From: Rhizophagus irregularis
Lineage: Eukaryota
Direction of reading: 5' to 3'
DNA length: 64,000 nt
NCBI RefSeq assembly: GCF_026210795.1
Contig: NC_089430.1
Coordinates: 496,001 to 560,000, forward strand
The notes under the pieces are model-generated. The model made no database searches. It was not told where the DNA came from and saw only the letters and a program-made list of their open reading frames with translations. The position numbers were made by a program, and so were the translations under genes. Within the stretch, counting starts at the first letter, position 1. Each line of letters begins with the position of its first letter. Shown one piece after another: positions 40,382 to 53,039 of this stretch.

Positions 40382-42111
40382 TGTGGATCTCGAATTAATT
40401 GACACTTCAAAACTAAAAAAAAAATTTTTCTAATTAGTTTTTTTTCGGTTTTTCAGTTCAAACTAAAAAAAATTTTTTTAATTAGTTTTTTTTTCAGTTT
40501 TTTTTCCAATACTTAAAAAATTTTTTTATTTTATTTTCAATCTTTTTTTTTCAAAGCAAAAAAAAATTTTTTAGTTATTAATTTCGTTGTCATAAAAATG
40601 AAATTAAATATGATCAAATACAATTTCTATCAAGTCATTATGTGTTAATTGTCACATGACAAAAAATAAATCGCATGAGCCATGAGATATAGTAAAAGAT
40701 AAATTTCTTGATGATGAGTGCAATACCATGGGCTGTAATTAGTTTAATTGCCCAGAGAATGATAATAATACTTCATGTATTAAATGAAATGTATATATAA
40801 TTACAGTATTTATTAATATAATAATTATCATAATAATACAATTTCAATTATCTTTTGCTCTTTCGCGGTCATAGAATATTTTTTTGGATTTTGATATATT
40901 GATTAATAGACCCAATGATCTTTTTTGATCACCAGCCTTTGAAAATTCAATAGTCAAGATGAATATTTTTTCTGCTAAATGAACGTAAAATTATAAGAAT
41001 TTAGTAATATTTAGTAATATTCAAGACATTAAATCCAGAGAACATATTGGAAAATTTATTATACAAATAAAAAGGTGTTAATTCCATAATAATAAGAGGA
41101 ATACTAAATGCATGTGATCAATCAACATGACTAATAATAAAATTTGTATAATAGAAATAGGTTGTATAATCTATTTTCACGGATTAATTAGTTTATATTT
41201 ATACGAACTTCAGATTGATTTGAGATGATTATGTGACTAATTAGCGATGAAATATAGGAATTATTTCATAAAATGCGAGAAAGGAAATAGATTACAAATT
41301 GCGTCTATACTTTTTTCTTTGGACTTGAAATATTCTAATATTGTATATTTCATACCACAATCTTTTTTAAAATAAAATAAATTGAACTGCGTACTTAGAT
41401 TTTTTGGTGATATTTAGATCACCCTGAATAAATTAATTTGAATTGTGTAACATGTAGCTTGTATCATGAGTGTTGATCATTTTATATCACTAGCATAATT
41501 TAAATGGTTGAAATCCATTAATAGCAACAACTTCTAAAGTAAAATAAAAATAAAATAAAAATGGTTTAAGTCCATTGACTGCTAGTCAATACTTAAAATT
41601 ATAGAATTCCTAATCCTCACTATACTGTACACAATTAAATTGGTTCAGAATTATAAAATAAAAGCAACTCCAATTTCGTCCAATGAAGTTGCTTTAATTT
41701 TTCTTTTATATTTATACGTGGCATTCATGGTAACGTAAAGAGTCAAGAATACAAAGCTAAAAAACTATATAATTTTTTAATAAATTTTATTGTTTTAACA
41801 GTTTTTATTATCATCGCATGAACAAATCTTGTGTTTGGACACCTGCTGCTATACCATTTATTCTTTTAGCGATGACTAACGATGATTTACATTATTCTTC
41901 CAATTAAAATTCATAGATGGTCGTTCTCAAGGAACTTAATAATTCTAAATTATCATTTCATAAACATAACTGTAAAGTTAGAAACAAAAGGATGCAATTA
42001 TTTTACTCTAATACTAGAATTTCATGCAATAAAAAATTTTCTTCTTTGAGGGATGATAAAATGATAGCAAATTGCATATTAAGTGGATGGCGCAGCAATT
42101 TTATCTGTAAG

Positions 42112-43295
42112 AACTACCCCAGTGCCACCGACAAAATTTCACGATCATGTGACCAATTTTGTCAATCATTCCCAAAAATGGTAAGCAGATTTAACGAAAA
42201 AATAAAAAAATAATAATAAACACAATATAAATTAGGGTTGGATCAGTCCTAGCAAAGACCGGTCCTGCGTCGCTCTTGGGACCGGTCTTCATGGTCTTCG
42301 GTCCGAGATCTGAGAACCGGTCTGGACCGGGACTGATCTTATATTATTAATATCCAATAAAAATGAGCCAAATTTTTGTGCTCATGTACTTCTAAGGCAC
42401 GATTTTTGCCAAAACTGATTATCAGTTCAGTTTTTAACATTTTCACAACGTTTTTTATTAAAAAAATGTGCGAAAACCTTTTTTTCGTGAAATTATTAAT
42501 AAAAAACGTTTTTGTAACGTTTCCTATTAATAAAATAATTAAAAAACGTGCTAAAACGTTTTTTTATTAAATTACTTAATAAAAAATGCTGCAAAACGTA
42601 AATTACTTAATAAAAACATTTTCGCAACGTTGTTTGTTAAAATAATTAAAAACGTTTGCGAAAAACATTTTTTTTTATGAACTTATTAATAAAAAACGTT
42701 TTCGCAACGTTTTCTATTAAAATAATTAAAAAAACGTTGCAAAACGTTGTTTATTTGTTAAATTACATGTTAAAAAATGTTTCGCAACGTTCTTTAATGT
42801 TTTAGAGGTCTTAAAATCATGGGGACAAAATTTCTTGAATTTAAATCGGTCCGGTCCCAGTCCGGTCTGGTCCAGGTTGAAAGACCGGTCTTTTTGGGAC
42901 TGGACCAGACCAGACCAGACTGATCCAACCCTAATATAAATGCCATACATTTTTAAACTCACATGGTATGTGTATTTTTGAACACTCTGCAAATTTACCT
43001 AGACGAGAAAAATATGTTTTAAAATATAAATTTTGACTTTTTATATGATAATTCGTAAATAATTAATTTTACAAAAATCTGTATTCAAAATCTACCTTTA
43101 TTGCCTAAGTAAACTTGCAGAGCAAGCAAATTTAGATATAATATATGAATTTTAAAATTAGAAAATATCTGTAGTAAGTTTTATTCAAAAAAAAATATAA
43201 TAATTTTTTTCGTTAAATCTGCTTACCATTTTTGGGAATGATTGATAAAATTGGTCACGTGATTGCAAAATTTTGTCGGTGCCACTGGGGTAGTT
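42112..43295. mobile_element. MULE-type MITE containing a nested hAT MITE
   Basis: ~90-bp TIR aactaccccagtg.. / ..cactggggtagtt; 9-bp TSD atctgtaag; empty site near 58310. Confidence 0.9.
42233..42933. mobile_element. hAT-type MITE
   Basis: TIR tagggttggatcagtc / gactgatccaacccta; perfect 8-bp TSD atataaat; subterminal gaccggtc motifs and internal aaaacgtttt repeats. Confidence 0.9.
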
Positions 43296-44268
43296 ATCTG
43301 TAAGTATACTTCGACAAAATTATTTACACAAAGTAAAATTACTATTTCCATAAAATTATAAATTTATTATAAAAAAAAAACAAACACAAAAAATAATAGG
43401 GATTATAGTTAGGCAGTAACATAAATAAAAAGGAAAATAATAATAGTAGTAATTCAAATATGTATGTACTATCTAACAATGATGTGAGAATACAATAATG
43501 AAGAAATGTTCTGAAAAAATTCTCAGGCTTGAATTAAATTTTGTGATTACTATAGTTAACAATGAAAGTTTTAAAATTTTACTTTGAACACTATTCGTAG
43601 TATAACGACAACTTCACCGCTACGCCACAAATTCAGATTTAGACCGTTTTATGTTTAATATCTATTAGGTTTGATATTATTCTCTCTTTTTTTTATGAAT
43701 TTGGTATATACAGCATATCGATTTCATTCATAAAAAGACTATGACTGATTCATTCGGTCCGACTACATTGTTAACATCCGTTTGTTATTAACAATAAAAT
43801 TTCTTGAAATGAAACTACGATGCTTTCGTTGACAAGAAATTAGTTTGATATTTATGATTGATTCATGTAACATCAAGAAATTTATCTGTATAGAAAAAAC
43901 TTAGTAAGCAATTAAATTCTATGAAGAAATTGTTCAATTTAACCATATATAGTCTTTGAATTTTCAATCAGAAAATCTTGCAGAATTGTTGTTTCTAATC
44001 CGAATTAGTTAGAGTAAATTCTTAGGATTCCTTTTTTTTAAATAAAAAACAATTTTTTTTTTATTACAATATTATATAGAATCATTTCTATGTTGATCCA
44101 ATTCGAATAAGTTATTCATTCAGAGCAAAGCGGAGGACTATTCATGGATTTAATGGCAATAAATTTTTATCCTCTTGCTTAACGTCCTTTCAAACATTTC
44201 TTTTTGAATTACTTATATCAGCTTTTTTCGAATTGTATGAAATAATTTTGCTTTGTATATCCATTTCA

Positions 44269-45046
44269 GGAATATATATTTATCCAGTACGGTACGAATT
44301 TGCAAACCTGTACGGTACGGTTGATCAATTTTTGTGATAATCATTTCGGACCATACCGTACTGGTTCTATATATAAAGAGATTATTATAGAACCAGTACG
44401 GTACGGTACGAAATGATCAACCATAAAATTTAACCAACTGTACCATACCGTACTGGCTCTATAATAATCTCTCTATATATAGAACCAGTACAGTACGGTA
44501 CGGTTATTGTTTTAAATGGACATTTTGGACATTGGTGTCCAAATTATTAAAATGAAAATTTTGGACATTGGTGTCCAAATTACAAAAATGAACATTTTGG
44601 ACATTGGTGTCCAAATTACAAAAATGAACATTTTGGACATTGGTGTCCAAATTACAAATGAATATTTTGGACATTGGTGTCCAAATTACAAAAATGAACA
44701 TTTTGGACATTGGTGTCCAAATTACAAAAATGAACATTTTGGACATTGGTGTCCAAATTACAAAAATGAATATTTTGGACATTGGTGTCCAAATTAGAAA
44801 AATGAACATTTTGGATATTGGTGTCCAAATTAGAAAAATGAACATTTTGGATATTGGTGTCAAAATTACAAAAATGAACATTTTGGACATTGGTGTCAAA
44901 ATTAGGAAAATGGACACTACTGATTTTCTCTTTATTATAGTGTCGGTACGGTACGGTCATGTTGATCAAATTTTGTAATTTTGTATGGGTGATCAACTGT
45001 ACCGTACAGGTTTGCAATTTCGTACCGTACCGATTATCCTACTACC
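44269..45046. mobile_element. MULE-type MITE with internal 36-bp tandem array
   Basis: GG...CC ends, 9-bp TSD tccatttca and gtacggtacg subterminal motifs. About 11 copies of aaaatgaacattttggacattggtgtccaaattaca at 44513-44915. Empty site near 59346. Confidence 0.85.
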
Positions 45047-45338
45047 TCCATTTCAGACACCTAACCGATTTGCAAATACCCTTTAGCACGTGACAGTCGT
45101 GACACATCTTTACTATTGCGTATGTAATACCAATTTTAGATAGTAGTCGCAATGATATTTCACAATTTTTAAAACTTTTCGTAACACGATGCAGTATTTA
45201 AGAACCTCCTTTTTTTTTAAAAAAAAAAATACTAATATTCTTTGAAGTCCCAATAGATGCATAAATGATTATTTGGCAAATAAACTGTATCACTATTTAA
45301 TCTTCATTATTTTATTAAAGTTTCTTGTATATAATATA

Positions 45339-45730
45339 ATGAAACTTAGTATGAATGAAAATAAATTTGACTCAACGCCAAAATTAAAATCTAGTCCTGT
45401 AACGATTTTATTTTTTCTCTTTAATAATTGAAAAACTTAAATGTAATAATTGTGGAGGTATATATTCTGCCACAAATTTATACAAACAGAAATATTGCAA
45501 ACAATGTTTATTATCGTACATTGAAAATATAACGGAAAATAACATATATATTTAAAAGAGGATTACGAAAATTAATAAGATTTCTTTCAGGTAATACAAT
45601 CGAAACAAATCGGTCCTAAATTTACTAAAAACAATATCCTGGTGCTATTTATATTATTCGGCTTTTAAATTCTCCTATTTCTCAAGCTTCATCTGATAAC
45701 CATCTTCAAAAATTTCGAAGCAAGGTATGT
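45339..45730 (+). pseudogene. Internally deleted Cys-rich kinase paralog
   Basis: N-terminal PKLKSSPV..CNNC..CKQC joined directly to the post-kinase KQIGPKFT..PGAIY segment; frameshifts. Confidence 0.8.
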
Positions 45731-45922
45731 ATTGCGAAATTAAATTGTTAATAAATTTGCTTTAGTATACTCTTACATCACGTATTTTAAAAATTTTTAA
45801 TTAAAAATAATAAATTTTTATTGATAAACCTAATCCTAAATTTTTTATCTTAAAAAATAAATAATAATAAAAATATTTTTTTAAAAAAATGATATATAAA
45901 CAAAATATTTTAATCATATACA

Positions 45923-48097
45923 TCATATTCGTTTAATTTTTGGACTAATCAGTTTCATATAGAGCCTAATAAAAAAACAAAACAAATAAATATATAAATT
46001 AAATATAATAAAGTAAGTAAAAAAAATAGAAATAAATACCTTGGGAGTTATCAAAGAGTGCAATTTTATATCATCATATATTAATGTTTTTTTGCAAATG
46101 CAAGTATCTTTACAATTTTCTTTACCTTTCATACCTTTCATATATTTTATTTTAATTTCATTCTGCTTTTGTTTTAGGAAAATCGGAGCACAATTATCTT
46201 CACTAGAATGTAAACTAATATATTTTGGTATTACTAGTTGAGGGTCATTATCATTGGGTAAAATGACAGAATTCTTAAAATTAAAAGGTAATAATTTATC
46301 AAAGAAAGAACTTTTGCAATTAAAAGGTATTATTTTATATTCATTACAATCAGGATAATTTGAGATAATGAGCGTGTGAAAAGTAAATTCTGGTAATTCA
46401 ACATAATGATTTTTCTTCAAACAATAAGAAAATATGTATGCCCCAATTCTGTTACTCTCTTGACAATTGAAAAAATGATGGCCAATGATGAGAGAATCAA
46501 AAGAAGGGTTCAATTCTCTTAGTACTGGAATTCCTAAACAAATATGTTCTTCGGTATCTTTGGTAAATGAATCATCAAAAAGTTCTTTACAATACATTGA
46601 TTTTGTTGCCTTAATTTTTTTTTCTATTACTTTAATGTGAATATTAGAATGTGAATTAATGAAATTAAAATTTATATCATAACCGACAACCATCAGTCCA
46701 ATTTTAAGGTTATACTTTGGTTTTTTAAAATTAGAATTTTGAATACAATGGATTATGAGACTCGGTTTCTTATTTGGTAACCAAAGGATTTGACAATTAA
46801 AGAAATTATTTTTTGAATCATCAGTATCGATAACAGTAGCAAATATATTGCATTCGGCATCTTTTTTTTGAATAATATCCGCTATATTTGGTGGCATATT
46901 TTTTAATTCAAAACTTTTTTTTTCATTTTGCAGATAAATATAATCTTCTCCTGGATCATTATAAAGAATTCTCTTTCCAATAGATTCGAAGATTCTTTTA
47001 CGTAATTCATAAGGTAAAAGTCGAAAAATGCTAACAGGTTTTTTATATTCTGTAATACCCCAATTTTCAAAATCATTTAGAGATTCAATCCAAGCCTTTT
47101 CATCAAATTCTTCAAGGTTATTAGATTGCTTACTTCCAATTAATTTAAATAATTCATTTTTAGTACGCCTAAATTTTCCAGTTAAATTTAAAGCATTCTT
47201 TATTGCTAGAACTTTTGAAGAACTATTTAAATTCACTCTCTCATTTTCTTTTGAAGTTTCCTGTAAACTTTCTTCTTCAAAATAAATTTTTTCTCCAAAA
47301 AAAACTTCATTTGAAATGAATCGACCAAATTCTTTAGTAATTTCCTTAAATTCTTTTCTAGGATTTGCAGATTTTATAGCCATTTCTATTTTATTACGAA
47401 ATTTTTCAGTTGGTTTAAGATAATGATCATAATTTATTTGTTCTAAATCTTCAAATAATTTTAAAGATACTTTGTTATAAAAGGTAAAATTACACATTGA
47501 ACTAATTTCAGTAGAATTACTAGAACTTGTACTTTTCGTTTTTCCAAATGATAATGCAAAATTTGCAAAGTTTTGTACATCAATATCACTACTTAAAGAT
47601 AATAACGTTTTTATAATCTCACTTTCATTTGAATTATATTCATATTTTCCTTTTCCGTATCCTTCAGCACCAAATTCCTTCAATTTACAACCCTCCTCTA
47701 TGTCAAAGGATTTTTCACTAGCTACCTCAATTCCATTAGGAGTTATAGTACGCCCATATTCTAATTTATGATGATCTATCAAAAATCTCACATTAGGAGT
47801 CGAACTTTTTACTAAACATAAAATTTTATCATTACCACTTGTTTCTATAATATCATCTAATTTCCAATCTTTTTCTTCTTCCCTTGCTATTACATTTCTT
47901 TTCGCTGCAAACAAATGTATATCTTTCATTGAAATTACCGAATTTTTTTCAAGTTCTTGACGAATATTTGATAATTTCTCGTTAGGATTTAAACGGACTA
48001 ATCCAGAATGATATCCATCTTTTTGGACTTTTAATTTAACTTTGCCATCTTTTTCAACTTTTTCTTCAATAATTTTTTTAAATTTCATTTTACTCAT
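45923..48097 (-). CDS. Protein with MACPF-like central domain and possible N-terminal ubiquitin-like domain (~700 aa)
   Basis: 724-aa ORF. EFGRFISNEVFFGEK resembles the MACPF (Y/F)Gx..x6GG signature; W..SL.DF..W..PVSIFRLL resembles the MACPF C-terminus. A probable GT-AG intron near the 3' end (~45966-46040) would alter the last residues. Confidence 0.6.
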   Translation of the reverse strand: MSKMKFKKIIEEKVEKDGKVKLKVQKDGYHSGLVRLNPNEKLSNIRQELEKNSVISMKDIHLFAAKRNVIAREEEKDWKLDDIIETSGNDKILCLVKSSTPNVRFLIDHHKLEYGRTITPNGIEVASEKSFDIEEGCKLKEFGAEGYGKGKYEYNSNESEIIKTLLSLSSDIDVQNFANFALSFGKTKSTSSSNSTEISSMCNFTFYNKVSLKLFEDLEQINYDHYLKPTEKFRNKIEMAIKSANPRKEFKEITKEFGRFISNEVFFGEKIYFEEESLQETSKENERVNLNSSSKVLAIKNALNLTGKFRRTKNELFKLIGSKQSNNLEEFDEKAWIESLNDFENWGITEYKKPVSIFRLLPYELRKRIFESIGKRILYNDPGEDYIYLQNEKKSFELKNMPPNIADIIQKKDAECNIFATVIDTDDSKNNFFNCQILWLPNKKPSLIIHCIQNSNFKKPKYNLKIGLMVVGYDINFNFINSHSNIHIKVIEKKIKATKSMYCKELFDDSFTKDTEEHICLGIPVLRELNPSFDSLIIGHHFFNCQESNRIGAYIFSYCLKKNHYVELPEFTFHTLIISNYPDCNEYKIIPFNCKSSFFDKLLPFNFKNSVILPNDNDPQLVIPKYISLHSSEDNCAPIFLKQKQNEIKIKYMKGMKGKENCKDTCICKKTLIYDDIKLHSLITPKVFISIFFTYFIIFNLYIYLFCFFIRLYMKLISPKIKRI

Positions 48098-48289
48098 TTT
48101 ATTAAAATTTAACTACTTTTTGTTTGGTTTTAGTTTTTTTTTTTTTTTAAAAAAAAAAAACCCCCTATATATATTATATTTTCTGTGCGTAACCCACCTT
48201 GAGTGTTATATAAATTGGATGATCATTCTAAAAATAATGATCAAGGGCGTTAATGCATAAATTATTTATCTGAAATTTCCTTATATACT

Positions 48290-48800
48290 GTATATGTACA
48301 ACCACGCACAAAAAAAAAAAATGCTTCACAATGAAAAATTTTTTTATCGAAAGTTGATCATTGCTCAATTAACTTTTCATAATAAGAAAATTTTTTTTTT
48401 TATGCAAGAGGCGAAGTTTACGTACAGACATGCATATTTATATGTGTTTCAAAACAAAAAACTCAATAAACTTTTCACAATAAAAAAATTTTCTTTTTTT
48501 TACGGAATTTTACGTACTGTACAACCATGTATATTTAATTTGTGTTTCAAATAAAAAATCTCACAATAAGAAATTTTTTTTTTTTATGCATGAGGCGAAA
48601 TTTACGTACAAATTTATACATGATTAACTTTTCATAATAAAAAAAAGGCTTTTTTTTATGCGGGAGGCGAAATTTTACGTACAGCCATGAATATTTAACA
48701 TGTGTTTCAATAATAAAGCTTAATTAGCATTTCACAATAAAAAAAAAAATTCCTTTTTTATGTACGTACAACCATGCATATTTACACGTGTTTCAAATGA
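48290..48800. repeat. Degenerate tandem repeats in a divergent intergenic region
   Basis: Recurring gaggcgaa..ttacgtaca, catgyatatt..tgtgtttcaa and tcacaataa motifs (~5 units). Confidence 0.65.
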
Positions 48801-48884
48801 AAAAAAAGTATATAATCGCAAATGGACGATATAAAAAAAATAATTTCTTGGTAATAAATTTATATATTTATAAGCGATTACCAA

Positions 48885-51800
48885 ATGAGTGACAATTCAG
48901 TAATCGAAGTTAACGATGATGATAACAAAATCGAAATCGAAGTTGATAAAATTGATGTTGATAAAATAGATTTTGATAAAATCGATGATGATAAAAATGA
49001 TGATAAAAATGATTCTGACCAAATCGATATTGATAAAATTGATGTTGATAAAACTGACGCTGATAAAATATTTACCTTCGATGATGAACCACATAATAGT
49101 AACTCTATTACTATGGTAGAAATATCACCAAAAGAAAAATGCCTTATTATTTATAGTGAAGAAAAACGTTCAATTGTCAGTTGGAATGTTAAAGATATAG
49201 ATAAGGTTCAACTTAAATTTCATCAAACTGTTGAAATTAATGAAAATAATGAAGATAATGAAGATAAGAAATATGAAATCGAAAGTTTATGCGTTTCTGA
49301 TGATAAGAAACTTGCTTATATTAATTGTATTATTAAACGTTATAATAATGTTATTGTTGATCAAACTATTACTGGTAAGTAAAAATTATTTGATTATGTA
49401 ATTATTAAATTATGGTAATTGATATTTATGTTAATATTTATTAGTAATCGATATGAATTATGATAAATATGAAAAAATTACACTAAGTTTTGATAAAAAT
49501 GCTGTTGCAAAGTATTGTACCTTTAATTTAAAAGGTGAACTTATTTTATATAGTTTAGTTGACAGTTATTTTGGAGAACATAAAATTATTTGGATTTATT
49601 CCACACAAACTAAAAATAACAAATGGGAATGTAAGAAATTTTACAGGATACCTGAAGATTATGAATTAATTAGTATATCAAAATATGATAAAGTTTACCT
49701 GTTTTCAAATGATTACATTTATGAATGGAATATTAATACCGAGAGAGGTGTAAAAATATTTGGTAATAATAAGGATAAGAATAAGGTAATAAATATTATA
49801 AAATTTATTTTCCCAATCAAATATTAAATTATAATTAAATATATAAATACTAATTATTTTTTAGTTTGAAACAAAAAATATCGGAATATTCAGTAATAAA
49901 AAGTTTATTTTTCTAAAAATCAATGATAAAATAATCGTTTATTCAATCAATTTGGGAATTCCTATTGCTTCTTTAGATATAAATGATGGTAACAATTTTA
50001 TAAAATTTTATTTATACTTTTTAATTATTACTCATATTAAATATTATTTTTTATTTAGACATTCAACTATATAATTTTATGAAACACACTGGTTTATTTC
50101 TTTTACCTTCTTTATTCTATTATACCCCAGATAAAGAAATCAAATATTGCTGGAACAATAAATACAAAAGTAGGTTTAATCAAACTTCATTTGATGAACC
50201 AACTGATGAATCAACTGATGATCAAACAAAGTTAGTTTTTGGAATTCTAAGAGGACATGTTTGGAAATCTAACTTTGACGAAAAGATGTCAAAACTGAAC
50301 TTTTCATCCGAAAATTCTGATGAATTAAATAAAGAAAATAATAAAATTGTTGAACGTGATGAATACTTAAATGTTCATTCATTTAATCTATATATGCGTA
50401 CTGTATCTAAATTATTTCGAAAAGCCATAAATGATATTAGTTTTAGAAATTCAACTGAATTAACTAGAAATTTAATTAAATGGGATATACATGTTTATGA
50501 AGGTAAAATTAAACTGGAAGTTTTCAAAAAAATTAATACTGAATGGGAATCAATTAGCACGAAAACTGAATATCACCCTTATGATTCTTGTAAATTAATT
50601 ACGGGCTCATTATTTAATAACAATGATATTGTTATATTAACAACAATTGGTATTCTTATTTATACTTTTAGTGAAAATAACAAATCTAGTGAAAAAGACA
50701 AATCTATTTTTTTAAATTATTTTTATTTTATGGAATTTGATATGAAAATACTTCAACATTACAAAAGAATGTTTTCAAAATCTATTTTACCACTACCAAA
50801 TTATGATAGTTTTAGATTAGATGGATGGGTTTTAGATGTAATAAATAATAAGTCAAGTCTTTTGAAATATGGAGTTGAATTATTAAAATTTGCAATTAAA
50901 GAACATAAGTTAGAATTAATTGATGATATTTATAAAAAATGTATGACTTATTTTAAAGAGGATTTAATGAACAATAAGTCATTTTTAAGCATTATCACTT
51001 CCGCAATGCCATTACTAGATAAATATTATCCAGAATATATTCTAAAATGTTCATCAGAAACGAATATGATCATAGATTCTTCTTTTTATAGTATAGAGCA
51101 TCAAAATAAAAATTTACACCTTTATTCCTTTTTTCAATCTCCTCAAATAGCTAACTTATCTCAATCTCTTTTATGGACAAAATTCTGTTATAAAATTGGT
51201 TGCACAATTGATAGATATAGAGGTTCATCATTGTTGATTTTTATATGGTTAATTATATCTGTTATTCAAGCTTTAATAATACTTTTAGCTTTACCACTTT
51301 GCTTGGCTACATTTTATATTTTATCAAAATACAATTTTATTAATAATATTTACACTTCAGATTTATTTTCTTTTATTTATTTCTATACTGAATTTAAAAT
51401 TTTTAAAATTTTTAAAAAATATATAACAACGACACCAATGATTACCTTTATGATTCCTTATATTAATTTTGTTAATTATTCAAAAGATTATAATTGGTTT
51501 TTAGAATTAATTAGACCTCAACCTAGTCCATTTACTGAAACAATGAATAGAAATATTTATAAAACATGGAATGGAGAAGCATTAATTAATTTTAAATGGA
51601 ATGCTTATGGAAAATATTATTATGCAATGATTTGGATTTTATTTATTGCTTTGCTTGGATGCTTTACTACTGCTGCAACAATTCCTCAGAAATATATTAA
51701 TGAAGAAGTTAGACAACAACTTTTTATTGCTTCGATTATACTTGGATTTATTCATTTGATTTTTGAAATTCGTCAATTTTTTTATAATATTGCTAAGTGG

Positions 51801-53039
51801 TTCTATAATTTTTGGAATATTTTTGGTAAATATAAATGTTTAATTTAATTATATGTTTTAAGAAAATGAAAATTAATTATATAATATTTTATTATTGCAG
51901 ATATAATTGCTTATGTACTTTCAATCTACACTTCTATTTATTGGCTTCAAACAAATGATAAAAACAATAATAAGTATCTAATTCAATTGCTTTCTTTTTC
52001 ATGCTTATTTTTGGATATAAAATTTTTGTTATTTTTTAGAGCATTTGAATATTTTGGTGTATATTTTGCAATTATTATTAGTGTTGGAAAAAAGATTTTT
52101 TCTTTTTTATTACTCTTATTCATTATTATAATAAGTTTTGCACATGCATTTTATATTTTATTATCACCAAAACCTGAATTTTCACTTGAACAATATAATA
52201 CAAATAATAATGATGATCCAAATAATCCTTGGAATTTAGCTCCTAGTTATAGTCAAATTGATAATAATGGAAATATAAATTCCAATCCACTTATGATTCA
52301 AATTCCTGATGGAAATACAAACATGTTTATGGATATTAAAACTTCCCTTTTTGCTACATATTTATTTTTAATAGGTATGTTTTAAATTTTTCATAATTAT
52401 GTAAATATACATAATATTTTCTAATATTTTTAAACAATTCTTCTTATCAATAGGTGATTCAAGTGCATTATCTAATTGGACATATACAGAAAATCCATCA
52501 ATTGCAGTATTGATTGTTTTATTTTCCCTTTTAATTGTTATATATCTTATGAACTTGTTAATTGGATTACTCAGCAATGCAATTGAAGAAGATAATAATA
52601 GAGTCTCATATTTGATGCAGAAGGCAGAGGTAAATAACATTATTATTAATCATTCATTGTAAATATACTAATATATCTCAACTTTTAGATTTTGGCTGAG
52701 ATTGAGTTATTTTACCTATTACCACATCAGAGACGTTGGCAAACATGGTTTCCTGAAGTAATGTATGTAGTTTTACTTTTTTAAAAAAATTTAATGTTAT
52801 AATTTTATTAATTATTCAAATTTATTTTTTCAAGACATTATTATGCCGATATTGATAAGACTCGAGGAGAAGTTCAAAGATTGATTAAAGAGGGTGAATG
52901 GGATACAAAGGAATTCACAGAGATGCGGAATAATTTATTAAAAGAACTTAAAATTAAACATAATCCTATTGACAATGAGGTAATATTGGAGCAATTAAAA
53001 TCTCATGAGAAATTATTGAAAGAATTATGTTCAAAATAA
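48885..53039 (+). CDS. TRP-like 6-TM cation channel with large N-terminal cytosolic region, 8 exons, ~1216 aa
   Basis: Exons 48885-49374, 49445-49785, 49865-49988, 50059-51825, 51901-52374, 52454-52629, 52689-52762 and 52835-53039 are in frame. ALINFKW pre-S1; S4 KFLLFFRAFEYFG; pore SLFATYLFLIGD; S6 YLMNLLIGLLSNAI; TRP-helix-like QKAEILAEIE. Confidence 0.85.

Noticed and set aside
44504..45017. Four overlapping repeat ORFs (MNILDIGVQITK etc.)
   Set aside because: Artefact of the 36-bp array inside a MITE.
46041..49094. Short antisense or intergenic ORFs (46041, 47028, 48042, 48294, 48897)
   Set aside because: Shadows of real genes or low-complexity sequence with no coding features; the same applies to most 60-90-aa ORFs in the track.
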